Positions 22,346-31,276 of a DNA stretch of 64,000 bases are shown here, piece by piece. This DNA is from Obrimoposthia wandeli. Taxonomy: Eukaryota. Numbering within the stretch: the first letter of the stretch is position 1; the number at the start of each line of letters is the position of its first letter. Below the pieces are notes generated by a model. It saw only the letters and a list, made by a program, of their open reading frames with translations. It was not told where the DNA came from and made no database searches. The stretch is taken from NCBI GenBank assembly GCA_977020255.1, contig CDROCS010000506.1:1240001-1304000 (forward strand), read 5' to 3'. Position numbers and translations under genes: made by a program.

Positions 22346-23563
22346 ATGCTAAATAAACGTGAGTTATATATCGGATTAATGTCTGGCACCAGTATTGATG
22401 GTATTGATGCGGCGTTGGTTGCATTTGATGGTGATAAGTGTGAGTTACTTGCAGAGCATCTACAGCCGATGCCCGCAGAATTAACCAAGCAGCTCCACCA
22501 GCTTTGTCGCCCAAGTAATGATGAGGTCACTGCGCTAGCTAAAATAGAACAACCGCTTGCGCAAGCCTTTGCATTAGCTTGTCAGCAGTTACTCGCTAAA
22601 ACCACTTATACTGCCAATGATGTAACCGCGATTGGTTCTCACGGCCAAACCATACGTCATCATCCCGAGCACGGTTTTACCTTACAAATTGGTGATGCCA
22701 ATATCCTTGCCGCGTTAACCAATATTGATACTGTCGCTGATTTTAGACGTAAAGACATGGCACTTGGCGGTCAAGGGGCACCTTTAGTACCCGCCTTCCA
22801 TCAAGCAGTGTTTCAACACCCAAGCATCAATCGCGCGATAGTTAATATTGGCGGCTTGGCGAACATCACTTACTTACCCAGCTTAGAACAGGGTAAACCT
22901 GTCGTTGGTTATGATACAGGCCCAGGTAATACGTTACTCGATGCTTGGTTTACGACCAAAAACGGCAACAGCAATACCGACAATACCAATACCAATACCA
23001 ATACCAATACCAATACCAATACCAAAGACTATGATGAAGACGGTAACTGGGCTAGATCTGGCGTTATTATCCAACCGTTATTAAGTTTATTATTACAGCA
23101 TCCCTACTTTGCGCTAACACCACCAAAAAGTACCGGCCGGGAATTATTTAACTTAGCTTGGTTACAGCCGTATTTAGCGCACGATTCAAATAGTAGTTTA
23201 CATGGTAATTCATATAGCGATGCCGACGTACAGCGCACATTAACGCGCTTTACAGCCGTGTCTATTGCCAATGAAATTATGACATTAGATCTTGATAACC
23301 AGGGTAGCGAAAGTATCAGCACTGAAGTGTATATTTGTGGTGGCGGCGCGGCGAATCTATTACTCATGGCTGATTTAACCGAGGAATTACCCGACAATGC
23401 AGTAATGACAACTGCTGTTATTGGTATTGATCCAGACTGGGTTGAAGCCATTGCGTTTGCTTGGTTAGCCAAACAACATATACATAAACAGCCCGGTAAT
23501 CTGCCAGCGGTGACTGGGGCTAGCCGTAGTGCTATTTTAGGCGCTTATTATCCTGCAAATTGA
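22346..23563 (+). CDS. anmK: Anhydro-N-acetylmuramic acid kinase
   Basis: GLMSGTSIDGID, GSHGQTIRH, DFRRKDMALGGQGAPLVP, DTGPGN, KSTGRELF, EAIAFAWLA. Confidence 0.98.
   Translation: MLNKRELYIGLMSGTSIDGIDAALVAFDGDKCELLAEHLQPMPAELTKQLHQLCRPSNDEVTALAKIEQPLAQAFALACQQLLAKTTYTANDVTAIGSHGQTIRHHPEHGFTLQIGDANILAALTNIDTVADFRRKDMALGGQGAPLVPAFHQAVFQHPSINRAIVNIGGLANITYLPSLEQGKPVVGYDTGPGNTLLDAWFTTKNGNSNTDNTNTNTNTNTNTNTKDYDEDGNWARSGVIIQPLLSLLLQHPYFALTPPKSTGRELFNLAWLQPYLAHDSNSSLHGNSYSDADVQRTLTRFTAVSIANEIMTLDLDNQGSESISTEVYICGGGAANLLLMADLTEELPDNAVMTTAVIGIDPDWVEAIAFAWLAKQHIHKQPGNLPAVTGASRSAILGAYYPAN
22981..23022 (+). repeat. In-frame hexanucleotide microsatellite (CAATAC)7 encoding (Asn-Thr)7 inside anmK
   Basis: Seven exact copies counted; protein DNTNTNTNTNTNTNTKD. 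Confidence 0.95.
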
Positions 23564-23615
23564 CCCAGCCAATTGACCCTGTAAATTGACCCAGCAAGTG
23601 AATCCAGAAAATAAA
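23551..23615 (+). repeat. 13-bp degenerate tandem repeat of the anmK terminal codons plus stop
   Basis: TCCTGCAAATTGA / CCCAGCCAATTGA / CCCTGTAAATTGA / CCCAGCAAGTGAA / TCCAGAAAATAAA. Confidence 0.8.
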
Positions 23616-23690
23616 TCCCGTGGACTAATCTCGCCCTTGTCTTCTTTGTCGTTTCGGCTAAATACAAATTTTGACTAAACTGCAGACAAA

Positions 23691-23716
23691 AAAATAGAGC
23701 CAAACGGCTCTATTTT
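23691..23716. terminator. Bidirectional terminator between anmK and grpE
   Basis: AAAATAGAGCC-AAAC-GGCTCTATTTT. Confidence 0.8.
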
Positions 23717-23737
23717 CACAATTTGTTACAGTCGCAA

Positions 23738-24388
23738 TTAAGCTTGAGTATCAATTGTAGGTGTTGCTGCAGGTGCTGCTTTAGAGATCATCACCATTGC
23801 AGGTCGAATTAGACGACCATTTAGCTCATAACCTTTTTGCATTACAGTAATTACTGTATTTGGCGCAACGTCTGCACTTTCAATCATGCTCATCGCTTGA
23901 TGCAATTCAGGGTTAAACGCTTCACCTTCAGGGTTTACCGCTTTAACACCAAATTTTTCTAATGCTGATTCTAAAGATTTAGCTGTTAGCTCAATACCTT
24001 CGATTAGTGGCACTAGTGCTTCATTAGTTTTATCAGCATGTTGTAAACCACGTTCCATGTTATCAATAACAGGTAGTAGTTCATTAGCAAATTTTTCTAA
24101 TGCGAATTTCTTTGCTTTATCAACATCAATCGCAGCACGGCGACGAATATTGTCAGCGTCGGCTTTAGCGCGTAATGCAGCGTCTTTAAATTCAGCGGCA
24201 GATGCAGATGCTTTCGCAAGTTCAGCTTCTAGTGCAGCGATGCGTGCAACAGACTCATCAACTTCTACAGCTACTTCTTCAACTGTTACGTCTTCAGCTG
24301 TAACACCTTCAACTACAGGCTGTGCTTCTGTTACTAATTGCTCTTCAACTTGCTTTTCAGCCTGTACTTTTTGATCTTCGCTGCTCAT
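23738..24388 (-). CDS. grpE: Nucleotide exchange factor GrpE
   Basis: [52 protein letters not shown] 24388 follows a GGAG RBS. Confidence 0.98.
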   Translation of the reverse strand: MSSEDQKVQAEKQVEEQLVTEAQPVVEGVTAEDVTVEEVAVEVDESVARIAALEAELAKASASAAEFKDAALRAKADADNIRRRAAIDVDKAKKFALEKFANELLPVIDNMERGLQHADKTNEALVPLIEGIELTAKSLESALEKFGVKAVNPEGEAFNPELHQAMSMIESADVAPNTVITVMQKGYELNGRLIRPAMVMISKAAPAATPTIDTQA

Positions 24389-24465
24389 TACTTTCTCCGA
24401 CATTCAATTCAGCATACTTTATATAAGTACACTATATTACAATTTATGGGTTATACCGAAATATA

Positions 24466-24491
24466 ATGGGGATCCTACCACGAGATTCAAG
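24466..24491 (-). promoter_or_regulatory. sigma32 (RpoH) heat-shock promoter of grpE
   Basis: Minus strand CTTGAA-14-CCCCAT(TA), near-consensus. Confidence 0.85.
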
Positions 24492-24735
24492 TCAAATTCA
24501 TATCTAGTTAACCCCTAGCGTGAAATAGTCTTAAAAATACAACTGAAATAGCCAATGAAGCGCTATATATTGTAACGAAGTACTGTTATTCCAGCTAACC
24601 TCCCGCAGGGCAAGCCGGAAGAAAGCATCTTCGGCGTTATGAAATCTTAATATACCCTCCTTTCGGTTTGCTGGTTGTGCATCTTGAAGTAGTTTGGGTA
24701 TACTGCTTCTATACTTACTTAGTGGAATCAAGGCA

Positions 24736-25617
24736 ATGAAGAGAGAGTTCAAAACTATCGGGTTAATCGGCAAACCCAAGCATCCAGAAACGACCAAAAC
24801 CCTTATTGCCTTACATAATTTTTTAACCAAACATAACTACAACGTCATTGTGGATAGCCGTGTATCTCAAGATCTTGGTATGGCGAGTGTCGTATCGCGC
24901 CCACTGATGAATTTAGGTGAAGAAGCCGATCTTGCTGTCGTTGTCGGTGGTGATGGTAATATGCTAGGCGCGGGTCGCGTATTATCACGTTTTGATATTG
25001 CCGTTATCGGGGTTAACCGCGGTAATTTAGGCTTTTTGACCGATCTTGATCCTGAAGACTTCGATGAGCAGTTATTAGGGGTATTACAAGGCGAGTATAT
25101 CTCGGAAAAACGTATTTTATTAAATACCTCAATTTATCGTTACGGTATGTTAAAAGGCACTAACCTCGCCTTCAATGAAACCATCTTACATCCGGGTAAG
25201 ATCCCCGCTATGATAGAGTTTGAAGTGCATATTGATGATAGCTTTATGCTCAGTCAACGGGCCGATGGTTTATTAGTATCAACCCCTACCGGTTCAACCG
25301 CTTATTCATTATCTGCCGGTGGTCCGATTGTATCGCCAAGCTTAGAAGCGATGACGTTGATGGCGATGTTCCCACACACACTTTCAAGTCGACCAATTGT
25401 GATCAGTGCTAATAGCACAGTGCGCTTAGTCGTATCGCCAAACAATGAAGAGAACATGATGGTCAGTTGCGACGGTCATGTGCACATAGGTGTGTTACCT
25501 GGTGATGAAATAATCATTAAACGTGACAAGAACCATCTGCATCTTATCCATCCTAAAAGCTATGATTACTTTAACGTTTTACGTGAGAAATTAGGTTGGG
25601 GTAGTAAATTATTTTAA
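24736..25617 (+). CDS. nadK: NAD(+) kinase
   Basis: [37 protein letters not shown] 24736 preferred over ORF-track 24694. Confidence 0.98.
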   Translation: MKREFKTIGLIGKPKHPETTKTLIALHNFLTKHNYNVIVDSRVSQDLGMASVVSRPLMNLGEEADLAVVVGGDGNMLGAGRVLSRFDIAVIGVNRGNLGFLTDLDPEDFDEQLLGVLQGEYISEKRILLNTSIYRYGMLKGTNLAFNETILHPGKIPAMIEFEVHIDDSFMLSQRADGLLVSTPTGSTAYSLSAGGPIVSPSLEAMTLMAMFPHTLSSRPIVISANSTVRLVVSPNNEENMMVSCDGHVHIGVLPGDEIIIKRDKNHLHLIHPKSYDYFNVLREKLGWGSKLF

Positions 25618-25790
25618 CCTAAACAGTTATCGCGCAAGGCTTCTCCCATGTTTAAGCCTTGCGCAGCATTTATTATCTACCCTATCCCTACGGCTTTTTC
25701 CGACTTAATAACAATCAATCTAGATCACAAAGCAAAAATAAACCGCACAACTAAACGCAAAGTATTTACACTTATGGGCTAGCGCATATA

Positions 25791-25827
25791 TACTGTATAT
25801 AAACCCAGCCTGATAAAATAAACAGGA
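25791..25827 (+). promoter_or_regulatory. Two tandem LexA (SOS) boxes upstream of recN, overlapping a TTTACA-18-TATACT promoter
   Basis: CTG-TATATAAACC-CAG (25793-25808) and CTG-ATAAAATAAA-CAG (25810-25825). Confidence 0.9.
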
Positions 25828-25832
25828 TACGC

Positions 25833-27494
25833 ATGCTAACGCAACTCACTATTCATAATTTTGCTATCGTTAAATTTTTAGAACTTGAACTGAAATCGGG
25901 AATGACAACCGTAACGGGTGAAACAGGTGCCGGTAAATCTATTGCTATCGATGCCTTAGGACTCGCTTTAGGCTCTCGTGCCGACGCCAGTACTGTTCGC
26001 CCCGGAGAAAAGAAATCCGAGATAAGCGCTATCTTTACCGTGGAGCCAAGTTCACTCGCCTACAAGTGGTTAGTCGAGCACGAATTAAATAATGAAGATG
26101 AATGTATCCTGCGTCGCGTGATCACCGCAGAAGGTCGCTCTAAAGGTTATATCAATGGGATCCCTGTACCATTACAGCAGCTTAAATCGATCTCGCAATT
26201 TTTAGTACAGGTACATGGGCAACACGCTCACCAAACCTTATTGAAGCCAGAGATCCAGTTAGCGATTCTCGATGGTTATGCCAGTCACACCAAACTACAG
26301 CTTAACGTGCGCGATGGTTACCGTACTTGGCATAATCTAGCCGATGAAGAAAAGAAACTATTACAAAACCAACAACAACGCGCAGCACGACAACAATTAC
26401 TGCAATACCAAGTATCTGAATTAGATGAATTTGCCCTTGCCGATGGTGAATACAGCCAAATTGAAGCCGAGCACAGACTGCTTGCCAACAGCACAGAGTT
26501 AGTAGAAGAGTGCATGAGCAGTGCCGACATCCTGTATGAAAATGATGACAATACCATCTGCAGTATGCTGCAAGTCGTTACTCACCGCTTAGAAAACTTG
26601 CTCGATATGGATCCGAAATTAAAATCCATCACAGATACCTTGCAAGAAGCCGTGGTATTGGTTGAAGAAGCCGGTAATGAACTCCGCAGCTACACCGATA
26701 ACTTAGAACGCGACCCACAGCAGTTCGAATACCTTGATGAACGTTTAGGTAAAGCCTTAGAGCTGGCCCGTAAGCATCAAGTACCAGCAAACCAATTAGC
26801 AACACATCATCAAATGCTCAAATCAGAACTGCAAAACATTGCCGGTGATGACGAGCGTATTGAAAGTATTAAACTTGAATTAGCCGAGTCACAGAGTAAA
26901 TATAATCAACAAGCAGAAAAACTGTCTATTAGTCGCCAAAAATACGCCAAACAGCTAAATAAACTGATCACTGCCAGCATGCATGAGCTGAGTATGGAAA
27001 ATGGTTGTTTTGAAATGGTGCTTGCAGCTTATGAGCATAAAACCCCTAATCCACAGGGTTTAGATAATATTAGTTTCTTGGTATCAACCAATCCAGGTCA
27101 ACCGTTACAAGCCTTGGGTAAAGTCGCCTCTGGTGGTGAGCTGTCCCGTATTAGTTTAGCCATTCAAGTGATCACAGCGCAAAAAATATCAACACCAACA
27201 CTCATCTTTGATGAAGTCGATGTGGGTATTTCAGGACAAACAGCCTCTATTGTCGGTAAATTACTGCGTCAATTAGGTGAGAAAACCCAAGTCATGTGCG
27301 TAACCCATTTACCGCAAGTGGCATCAAAAGGCCATCAGCAGATGTATGTGAGTAAAACTACCGACGGTAAAACCACCGAAACCTGCATGAAAGCCCTAAG
27401 CCAAGAAATGCGTATCGAAGAGCTCGCACGTCTACTCGGTGGCGATAAGATCACAGCCTCAACGTTAAGTAACGCCGCTGAAATGTTAGTTTAA
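25833..27494 (+). CDS. recN: DNA repair protein RecN (SMC-like)
   Basis: GETGAGKS Walker A, GQHAHQ, ASGGELSRI signature, FDEVD Walker B, VTHLPQVA. Confidence 0.99.
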   Translation: MLTQLTIHNFAIVKFLELELKSGMTTVTGETGAGKSIAIDALGLALGSRADASTVRPGEKKSEISAIFTVEPSSLAYKWLVEHELNNEDECILRRVITAEGRSKGYINGIPVPLQQLKSISQFLVQVHGQHAHQTLLKPEIQLAILDGYASHTKLQLNVRDGYRTWHNLADEEKKLLQNQQQRAARQQLLQYQVSELDEFALADGEYSQIEAEHRLLANSTELVEECMSSADILYENDDNTICSMLQVVTHRLENLLDMDPKLKSITDTLQEAVVLVEEAGNELRSYTDNLERDPQQFEYLDERLGKALELARKHQVPANQLATHHQMLKSELQNIAGDDERIESIKLELAESQSKYNQQAEKLSISRQKYAKQLNKLITASMHELSMENGCFEMVLAAYEHKTPNPQGLDNISFLVSTNPGQPLQALGKVASGGELSRISLAIQVITAQKISTPTLIFDEVDVGISGQTASIVGKLLRQLGEKTQVMCVTHLPQVASKGHQQMYVSKTTDGKTTETCMKALSQEMRIEELARLLGGDKITASTLSNAAEMLV

Positions 27495-27518
27495 GCACTC
27501 ATCAATGTCACAATGCGG

Positions 27519-27546
27519 GGAACTATTCCCTGCATTTAACCTCTAA
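27519..27546 (+). promoter_or_regulatory. sigmaE (RpoE) promoter for bamE
   Basis: GGAACT-17-TCTAA; bamE is sigmaE-regulated in enterobacteria. Confidence 0.7.
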
Positions 27547-27646
27547 TCAACCAACTTAAGCGAGTCGGCGAATACACCGATTTACTTCACTCGCCAGCCG
27601 AGTTACTATTTACCTTTCTTATATGGACTTAATTAGCAAAATACTT

Positions 27647-28003
27647 ATGCGCTTAAAACACTTACTTATTGCAGGCTTGGCTATCTTTAGTTTATCGGGC
27701 TGCTCAATTCTTGAAAAACTGGTTTACAAAATTGATATCCCACAAGGTAACTATGTTGAGGATAACCAAGTAGAAAAATTACGTGTTGATATGACTAAAG
27801 AACAAGTCACATTTGTGCTTGGTAGTCCAATGCTGGTTGATTCATTCGATCGTGATGTGTGGAATTACTTATACCGCTTTAAGACAGGCCGTGGTGAAGT
27901 AACCACAAAAGAATTGGTGTTAACATTTTCAGGTAATAACTTGAAGACTGTGGTGGGTGATTATCCACTAAGCCCAGACTTTGCAACACCGCTGGGTCAA
28001 TAA
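27647..28003 (+). CDS. bamE: Outer membrane protein assembly factor BamE (SmpA)
   Basis: Lipobox LSGC, YKIDIPQGN, MTKEQVTFVLGSP, WNYLY. ATG 27647 preferred over 27623. Confidence 0.96.
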   Translation: MRLKHLLIAGLAIFSLSGCSILEKLVYKIDIPQGNYVEDNQVEKLRVDMTKEQVTFVLGSPMLVDSFDRDVWNYLYRFKTGRGEVTTKELVLTFSGNNLKTVVGDYPLSPDFATPLGQ

Positions 28004-28079
28004 GCAAACTGCGATTACGATTACGATTTCTATCTAACCTGAGTTTGGGTAGAAATTGTAGCGTTACTTATAATAGAGA

Positions 28080-28120
28080 TAATAAAAATCACAACAGGCA
28101 CTAGCTTGTGATTTTTATTA
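28080..28120. terminator. Bidirectional terminator between bamE and rnfH
   Basis: Perfect 15-bp stem TAATAAAAATCACAA-N11-TTGTGATTTTTATTA. Confidence 0.75.
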
Positions 28121-28150
28121 TGCTGCTATTTTATGATGCAGCTAATAGCA

Positions 28151-28480
28151 TTATTTTATTTTCTGACCGGTCTTTTCGTGTAATCGCCCTTCTTCTTTGG
28201 CTTTACCCGCACGGCGCTTACGCATTTCTTTTGGATCTGCGATTAATGGTCGGTATATTTCAACACGCTCACCGTCTTCGATTACAGTATCTAGTTTGAT
28301 TAATCGACTATAGATACCCAATTTATTGGTTTTGAATTCTATCTCTGGATATTTAACCAATATACCTGATGCCTCAATCACTTGCTGGGCTGTTGCCCCC
28401 TGTTCAACGCTTACCTTAAAGGTAATCTGCTCTTTCGGCAGCGCATAAATCACTTCAACATTAATTTTGGTCGACACCAT
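28151..28480 (-). CDS. ratB: RnfH/RatB (YfjF) ubiquitin-like protein
   Basis: INVEVIYALP, GIYSR, DGERVEIYRPLIADPKEMRKRRA; overlaps the end of ratA. Confidence 0.92.
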   Translation of the reverse strand: MVSTKINVEVIYALPKEQITFKVSVEQGATAQQVIEASGILVKYPEIEFKTNKLGIYSRLIKLDTVIEDGERVEIYRPLIADPKEMRKRRAGKAKEEGRLHEKTGQKIK

Positions 28481-28904
28481 AAACCTCTTTTGCACGGTCG
28501 GTAAAAGACTGCACCATGTTATTAACTAAATCAGAGAAGATACGGCCAAATGCCACTTCCACTAATTTACTACTAAACACAAACTCTAAATCGAGCGTCA
28601 CTTTACACGCTGTTTCATCTAATGCTTTAAACGTCCAACCACCGGTTAGCTTTTTAAACGGACCATCAACTAGATCCATTTTCACTTGTTGCCCTGGTAT
28701 CAGAGTATTTTTGGTGGTGAAGGTTTTACTAATACCGGCTTTAGCAACATCTACCGCAGCTGTCATTTGGTCATCGCGTTCATCTAAAATGCGTGTACCT
28801 GTACAACCTGGTAAAAAATCTGGGTATGCATCAACATCGTTTACTAAATTAAACATTTGGTCAGCGCTATACATTAACAGTGCGCTGCGCGTTATCCGTG
28901 GCAT
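28461..28904 (-). CDS. ratA: RatA/YfjG START-domain (Coq10-like) protein
   Basis: MPRITRSALL.YSADQMFNLVNDV..YP.FLPGC, LVDGPFK.L.G.W.F, FSSKL. Confidence 0.95.
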   Translation of the reverse strand: MPRITRSALLMYSADQMFNLVNDVDAYPDFLPGCTGTRILDERDDQMTAAVDVAKAGISKTFTTKNTLIPGQQVKMDLVDGPFKKLTGGWTFKALDETACKVTLDLEFVFSSKLVEVAFGRIFSDLVNNMVQSFTDRAKEVYGVDQN

Positions 28905-29124
28905 ACGTGTCCCTATCTTCAAAACTATAATCTAAAATCAAATCGTTTACTAAAGGCTCAATATCTCGCGGCCGTTAGTAATAAGCAGGCAACTTTAGCA
29001 TTTATCTCACTAAAATTCATTTGTTATTCCGCGCAAAGCAAGACAAGTACTAGGATAAAATGCGATTTTGTTATAAGATTTGTAACATTAAATTCCGTCA
29101 ATGATGGGTGCATAAAGATAAATT

Positions 29125-29604
29125 ATGGCTAAGAAAAAACCAAAAAATAGCGAAAACACGATAGCGCGAAATAAGACCGCTAGTTTCGAATATAAAATCG
29201 AAGACCGCTTAGAAGCTGGACTAGAACTTCAAGGTTGGGAAGTTAAATCATTACGCGCTGGTAAAGTAAACATTACAGAAAGTTATGTGTTTATTAAAAA
29301 CGGTGAAGCGTTTATGTCTGGTGCGCAAATCATGCCTCTCGACGCTGCATCAACGCACGTAGTATGTAACCCAACACGTATTCGTAAGCTGTTATTAAAC
29401 AAGCGCGAATTAGAAGTACTAGCAAGTAAAGTTGAGCGTCAAGGTTATACTATCGTGGCGACATCTATGTACTGGAAACAGGCTTGGGTGAAAGTTAATA
29501 TTGGCCTTGCTAAGGGTAAAAAAGAGCACGATAAACGTTCAGATGTGAAAGATCGAGAATGGAAAATAGACAAAGAACGAATGATGAAGCACAAAGTTCG
29601 TTAA
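29125..29604 (+). CDS. smpB: SsrA-binding protein SmpB
   Basis: [44 protein letters not shown]. Confidence 0.99.
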   Translation: MAKKKPKNSENTIARNKTASFEYKIEDRLEAGLELQGWEVKSLRAGKVNITESYVFIKNGEAFMSGAQIMPLDAASTHVVCNPTRIRKLLLNKRELEVLASKVERQGYTIVATSMYWKQAWVKVNIGLAKGKKEHDKRSDVKDREWKIDKERMMKHKVR

Positions 29605-29608
29605 TTTG

Positions 29609-29636
29609 TTGCAATTCCAAACTAAAGGCGTAGAAT
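29609..29636 (+). promoter_or_regulatory. sigma70 promoter of ssrA
   Basis: TTGCAA-16-TAGAAT, 9 nt before the mature 5' end. Confidence 0.6.
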
Positions 29637-29645
29637 TTTAGTTCT

Positions 29646-30004
29646 GGGGTCGATTTAGGATTCGACGAGATTCACGAAACCCTAGGTGCATGTCGAGGGG
29701 CGGTTGGCCTCGTAAAAAGCCGCACTGTTATAGTTGCAAACGACTCTAACCACACTCTAGCAGCTTAGGCTCGCTAGCCATCATTTAGAACCCTGCTTGA
29801 GGGTCCCTAATATTGTATGGTCATTAAATATCAAGATCGTGTGGACTCTTCGCTCGTAGAGAAAGCACTAAACACAATCGAGCACGCTTTTGTTCGGCCT
29901 GTCACTCGGCTTAATAAAAAGTTAAATTAATAGAGATGACTAAACATGTAGTACCGCGGATGTAGGTTTTTCGGACGGGGGTTCAACTCCCCCCGACTCC
30001 ACCA
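29646..30004 (+). ncRNA. ssrA: tmRNA (SsrA); tag ORF 29736-29768 encodes ANDSNHTLAA*
   Basis: 5' GGGGTCGATTTAGGATTCGAC pairs with 3' GGTTCAACTCCCCCCGACTCCACCA; resume codon GCA after TAGTT; downstream of smpB. Confidence 0.98.
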
Positions 30005-30031
30005 AACGCAAGTTAGAACGGCACCCTCCTA

Positions 30032-30090
30032 AGTGTCGCAGCCCATTGAATGGTTTGATTCAATGGGCTTTTCTTTGCCTAAAATTCAAC
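30032..30090 (+). repeat. 59-bp repeat copy 1 containing the ssrA terminator hairpin
   Basis: AGTGTCGC-AGCCCATTGAAT-GGTTTG-ATTCAATGGGCT-TTTCTTT-GC-CTAAAATTCAAC; 57/59 identical to 30631-30689. Confidence 0.95.
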
Positions 30091-30138
30091 AATTAATTTG
30101 TAAGCGTTTGTAATTAAACAATAAAATAAGATTTAAAA

Positions 30139-30351
30139 ATGAACAAAATAATCCCTATCCTTTGCCTTTGCCTGTCTCTTCAAGCCTGTAGTAACCTCGG
30201 TATGAATCTCGCATTCGGTATTGGCGACGCATTAACAACAAATAAACCAGCAGTAAAAGACAGTAAACCTAAAGAAGAAGAAAAGAACGGTCTGCTTGCT
30301 ATCACGCAATTTATGGCGGTCATGGCACTGTTAAAAACTCAAGTGCAGTAA
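30139..30351 (+). CDS. Small lipoprotein, paralog 1 (70 aa, unknown function)
   Basis: Lipobox LQAC with Cys17; C-terminal KEEEKNGLLAITQFMAVMALLKTQVQ shared with paralog 2. Confidence 0.8.
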   Translation: MNKIIPILCLCLSLQACSNLGMNLAFGIGDALTTNKPAVKDSKPKEEEKNGLLAITQFMAVMALLKTQVQ

Positions 30352-30630
30352 TAAGAAAATACAAAGTATAAAACCAGCCATTTGAAGTTTCAGTATTCGT
30401 TAGCGATTATGGATCTATGACCCGCCTAACATAAAATAAATAACGCTTTATATTTCCGCTGTGTTTCCCATATCAATCATTTATAAACTCAATTGTTTAA
30501 ATAGAAGTCGACCCTAAAATAAAAGCATCCTGTAGAATTGATTTGGTATGGGATAAGTACTAAAATGCTGCCCTAGGTATTTTAATAAACCAATAACAAT
30601 CAACTTAACCTAATGAATCTGCAACTAATT

Positions 30631-30689
30631 AGTGTCGCAGCCCATTGAATGGTTTGATTCAATGGGCTTTTCTTTATCTAAAATTCAAC
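30631..30689 (+). repeat. 59-bp repeat copy 2, 599 bp after copy 1
   Basis: Identical to copy 1 except GC to AT at two adjacent positions. Confidence 0.95.
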
Positions 30690-30737
30690 GAAAACTAATA
30701 AGATCTTGTTTTTCAAGCATAAATCCATGGAGTGATT

Positions 30738-30932
30738 ATGAGTAAAATAGTTTTAGCGATGTTTCTTTGTTTATCACTTCAAGCTTGTAGTAACGGTCCT
30801 GGTAGTAATAAAGACGGTGCTTTATCTAAAATAGGTAATAAAACGGAAGAAAAGAAAGAAGAAAAGAACGGTTTGTTAGCCATCGGTGAGTTTATGGCTG
30901 TTATGACATTACTAAAAACTCAAGTCGAATAA
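30738..30932 (+). CDS. Small lipoprotein, paralog 2 (64 aa, unknown function)
   Basis: GGAG RBS before ATG 30738; lipobox LQAC Cys17; C-terminal KEEKNGLLAIGEFMAVMTLLKTQVE. Confidence 0.8.
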   Translation: MSKIVLAMFLCLSLQACSNGPGSNKDGALSKIGNKTEEKKEEKNGLLAIGEFMAVMTLLKTQVE

Positions 30933-30970
30933 TTTTAATAAATATATAACCATACCTGTATGGGGTGTTC

Positions 30971-31276
30971 ATGAATAAATTAAAAATAATTATGCTTCTT
31001 TGTCTGTTGAGTCAAGGTTGTAGCACAAATTCAAACTTACCAATGAATCAACCAAGAAGTAATATCCAAAGCTTTGCACCTGCAAGTATTGAGGATGCAA
31101 CCGAAGATCAGCCAATTAGTGTTGATGACTTGGATAAGCCACAAATAGATGCAAGTGATGTGGTTGATGCAAAGGGCGAGAAATTAGAAAAGCCTGAGAC
31201 AGAAGATCAAGGTGAAATCAAAAACATGTCGGATACGAGTGACTTTATGCCTGAACAAAAATCTTACTGGATGTAG
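30971..31276 (+). CDS. Acidic low-complexity lipoprotein (101 aa, unknown function)
   Basis: MNKLKIIMLLCLLSQGC, Cys17 lipobox; D/E/Q/S/P-rich body; ends QKSYWM. Confidence 0.7.
   Translation: MNKLKIIMLLCLLSQGCSTNSNLPMNQPRSNIQSFAPASIEDATEDQPISVDDLDKPQIDASDVVDAKGEKLEKPETEDQGEIKNMSDTSDFMPEQKSYWM

Noticed and set aside
24600-24690. CAGGGCAAGCC...GAAAG segment resembling a c-di-GMP-I riboswitch
   Set aside because: It lacks the GNRA tetraloop stem, the GACGCAAAGC junction and the P1 pairing needed; only a small hairpin is supported.
24531-24830. 99-aa minus-strand ORF between grpE and nadK
   Set aside because: Its 5' part is antisense to nadK, and it has no recognisable motif or RBS.
28151-28904. 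ratA-ratB as a type II toxin-antitoxin system
   Set aside because: This is a conserved core locus opposite smpB; RatA is a Coq10-like START protein. Nothing here suggests an accessory TA module.
30399-30430. GTTAGCG...GCCTAAC, integron attC-like cores between the lipoprotein genes
   Set aside because: The order is reversed relative to attC (RYYYAAC...GTTRRRY), there are no L boxes, and no integron integrase is in the window.
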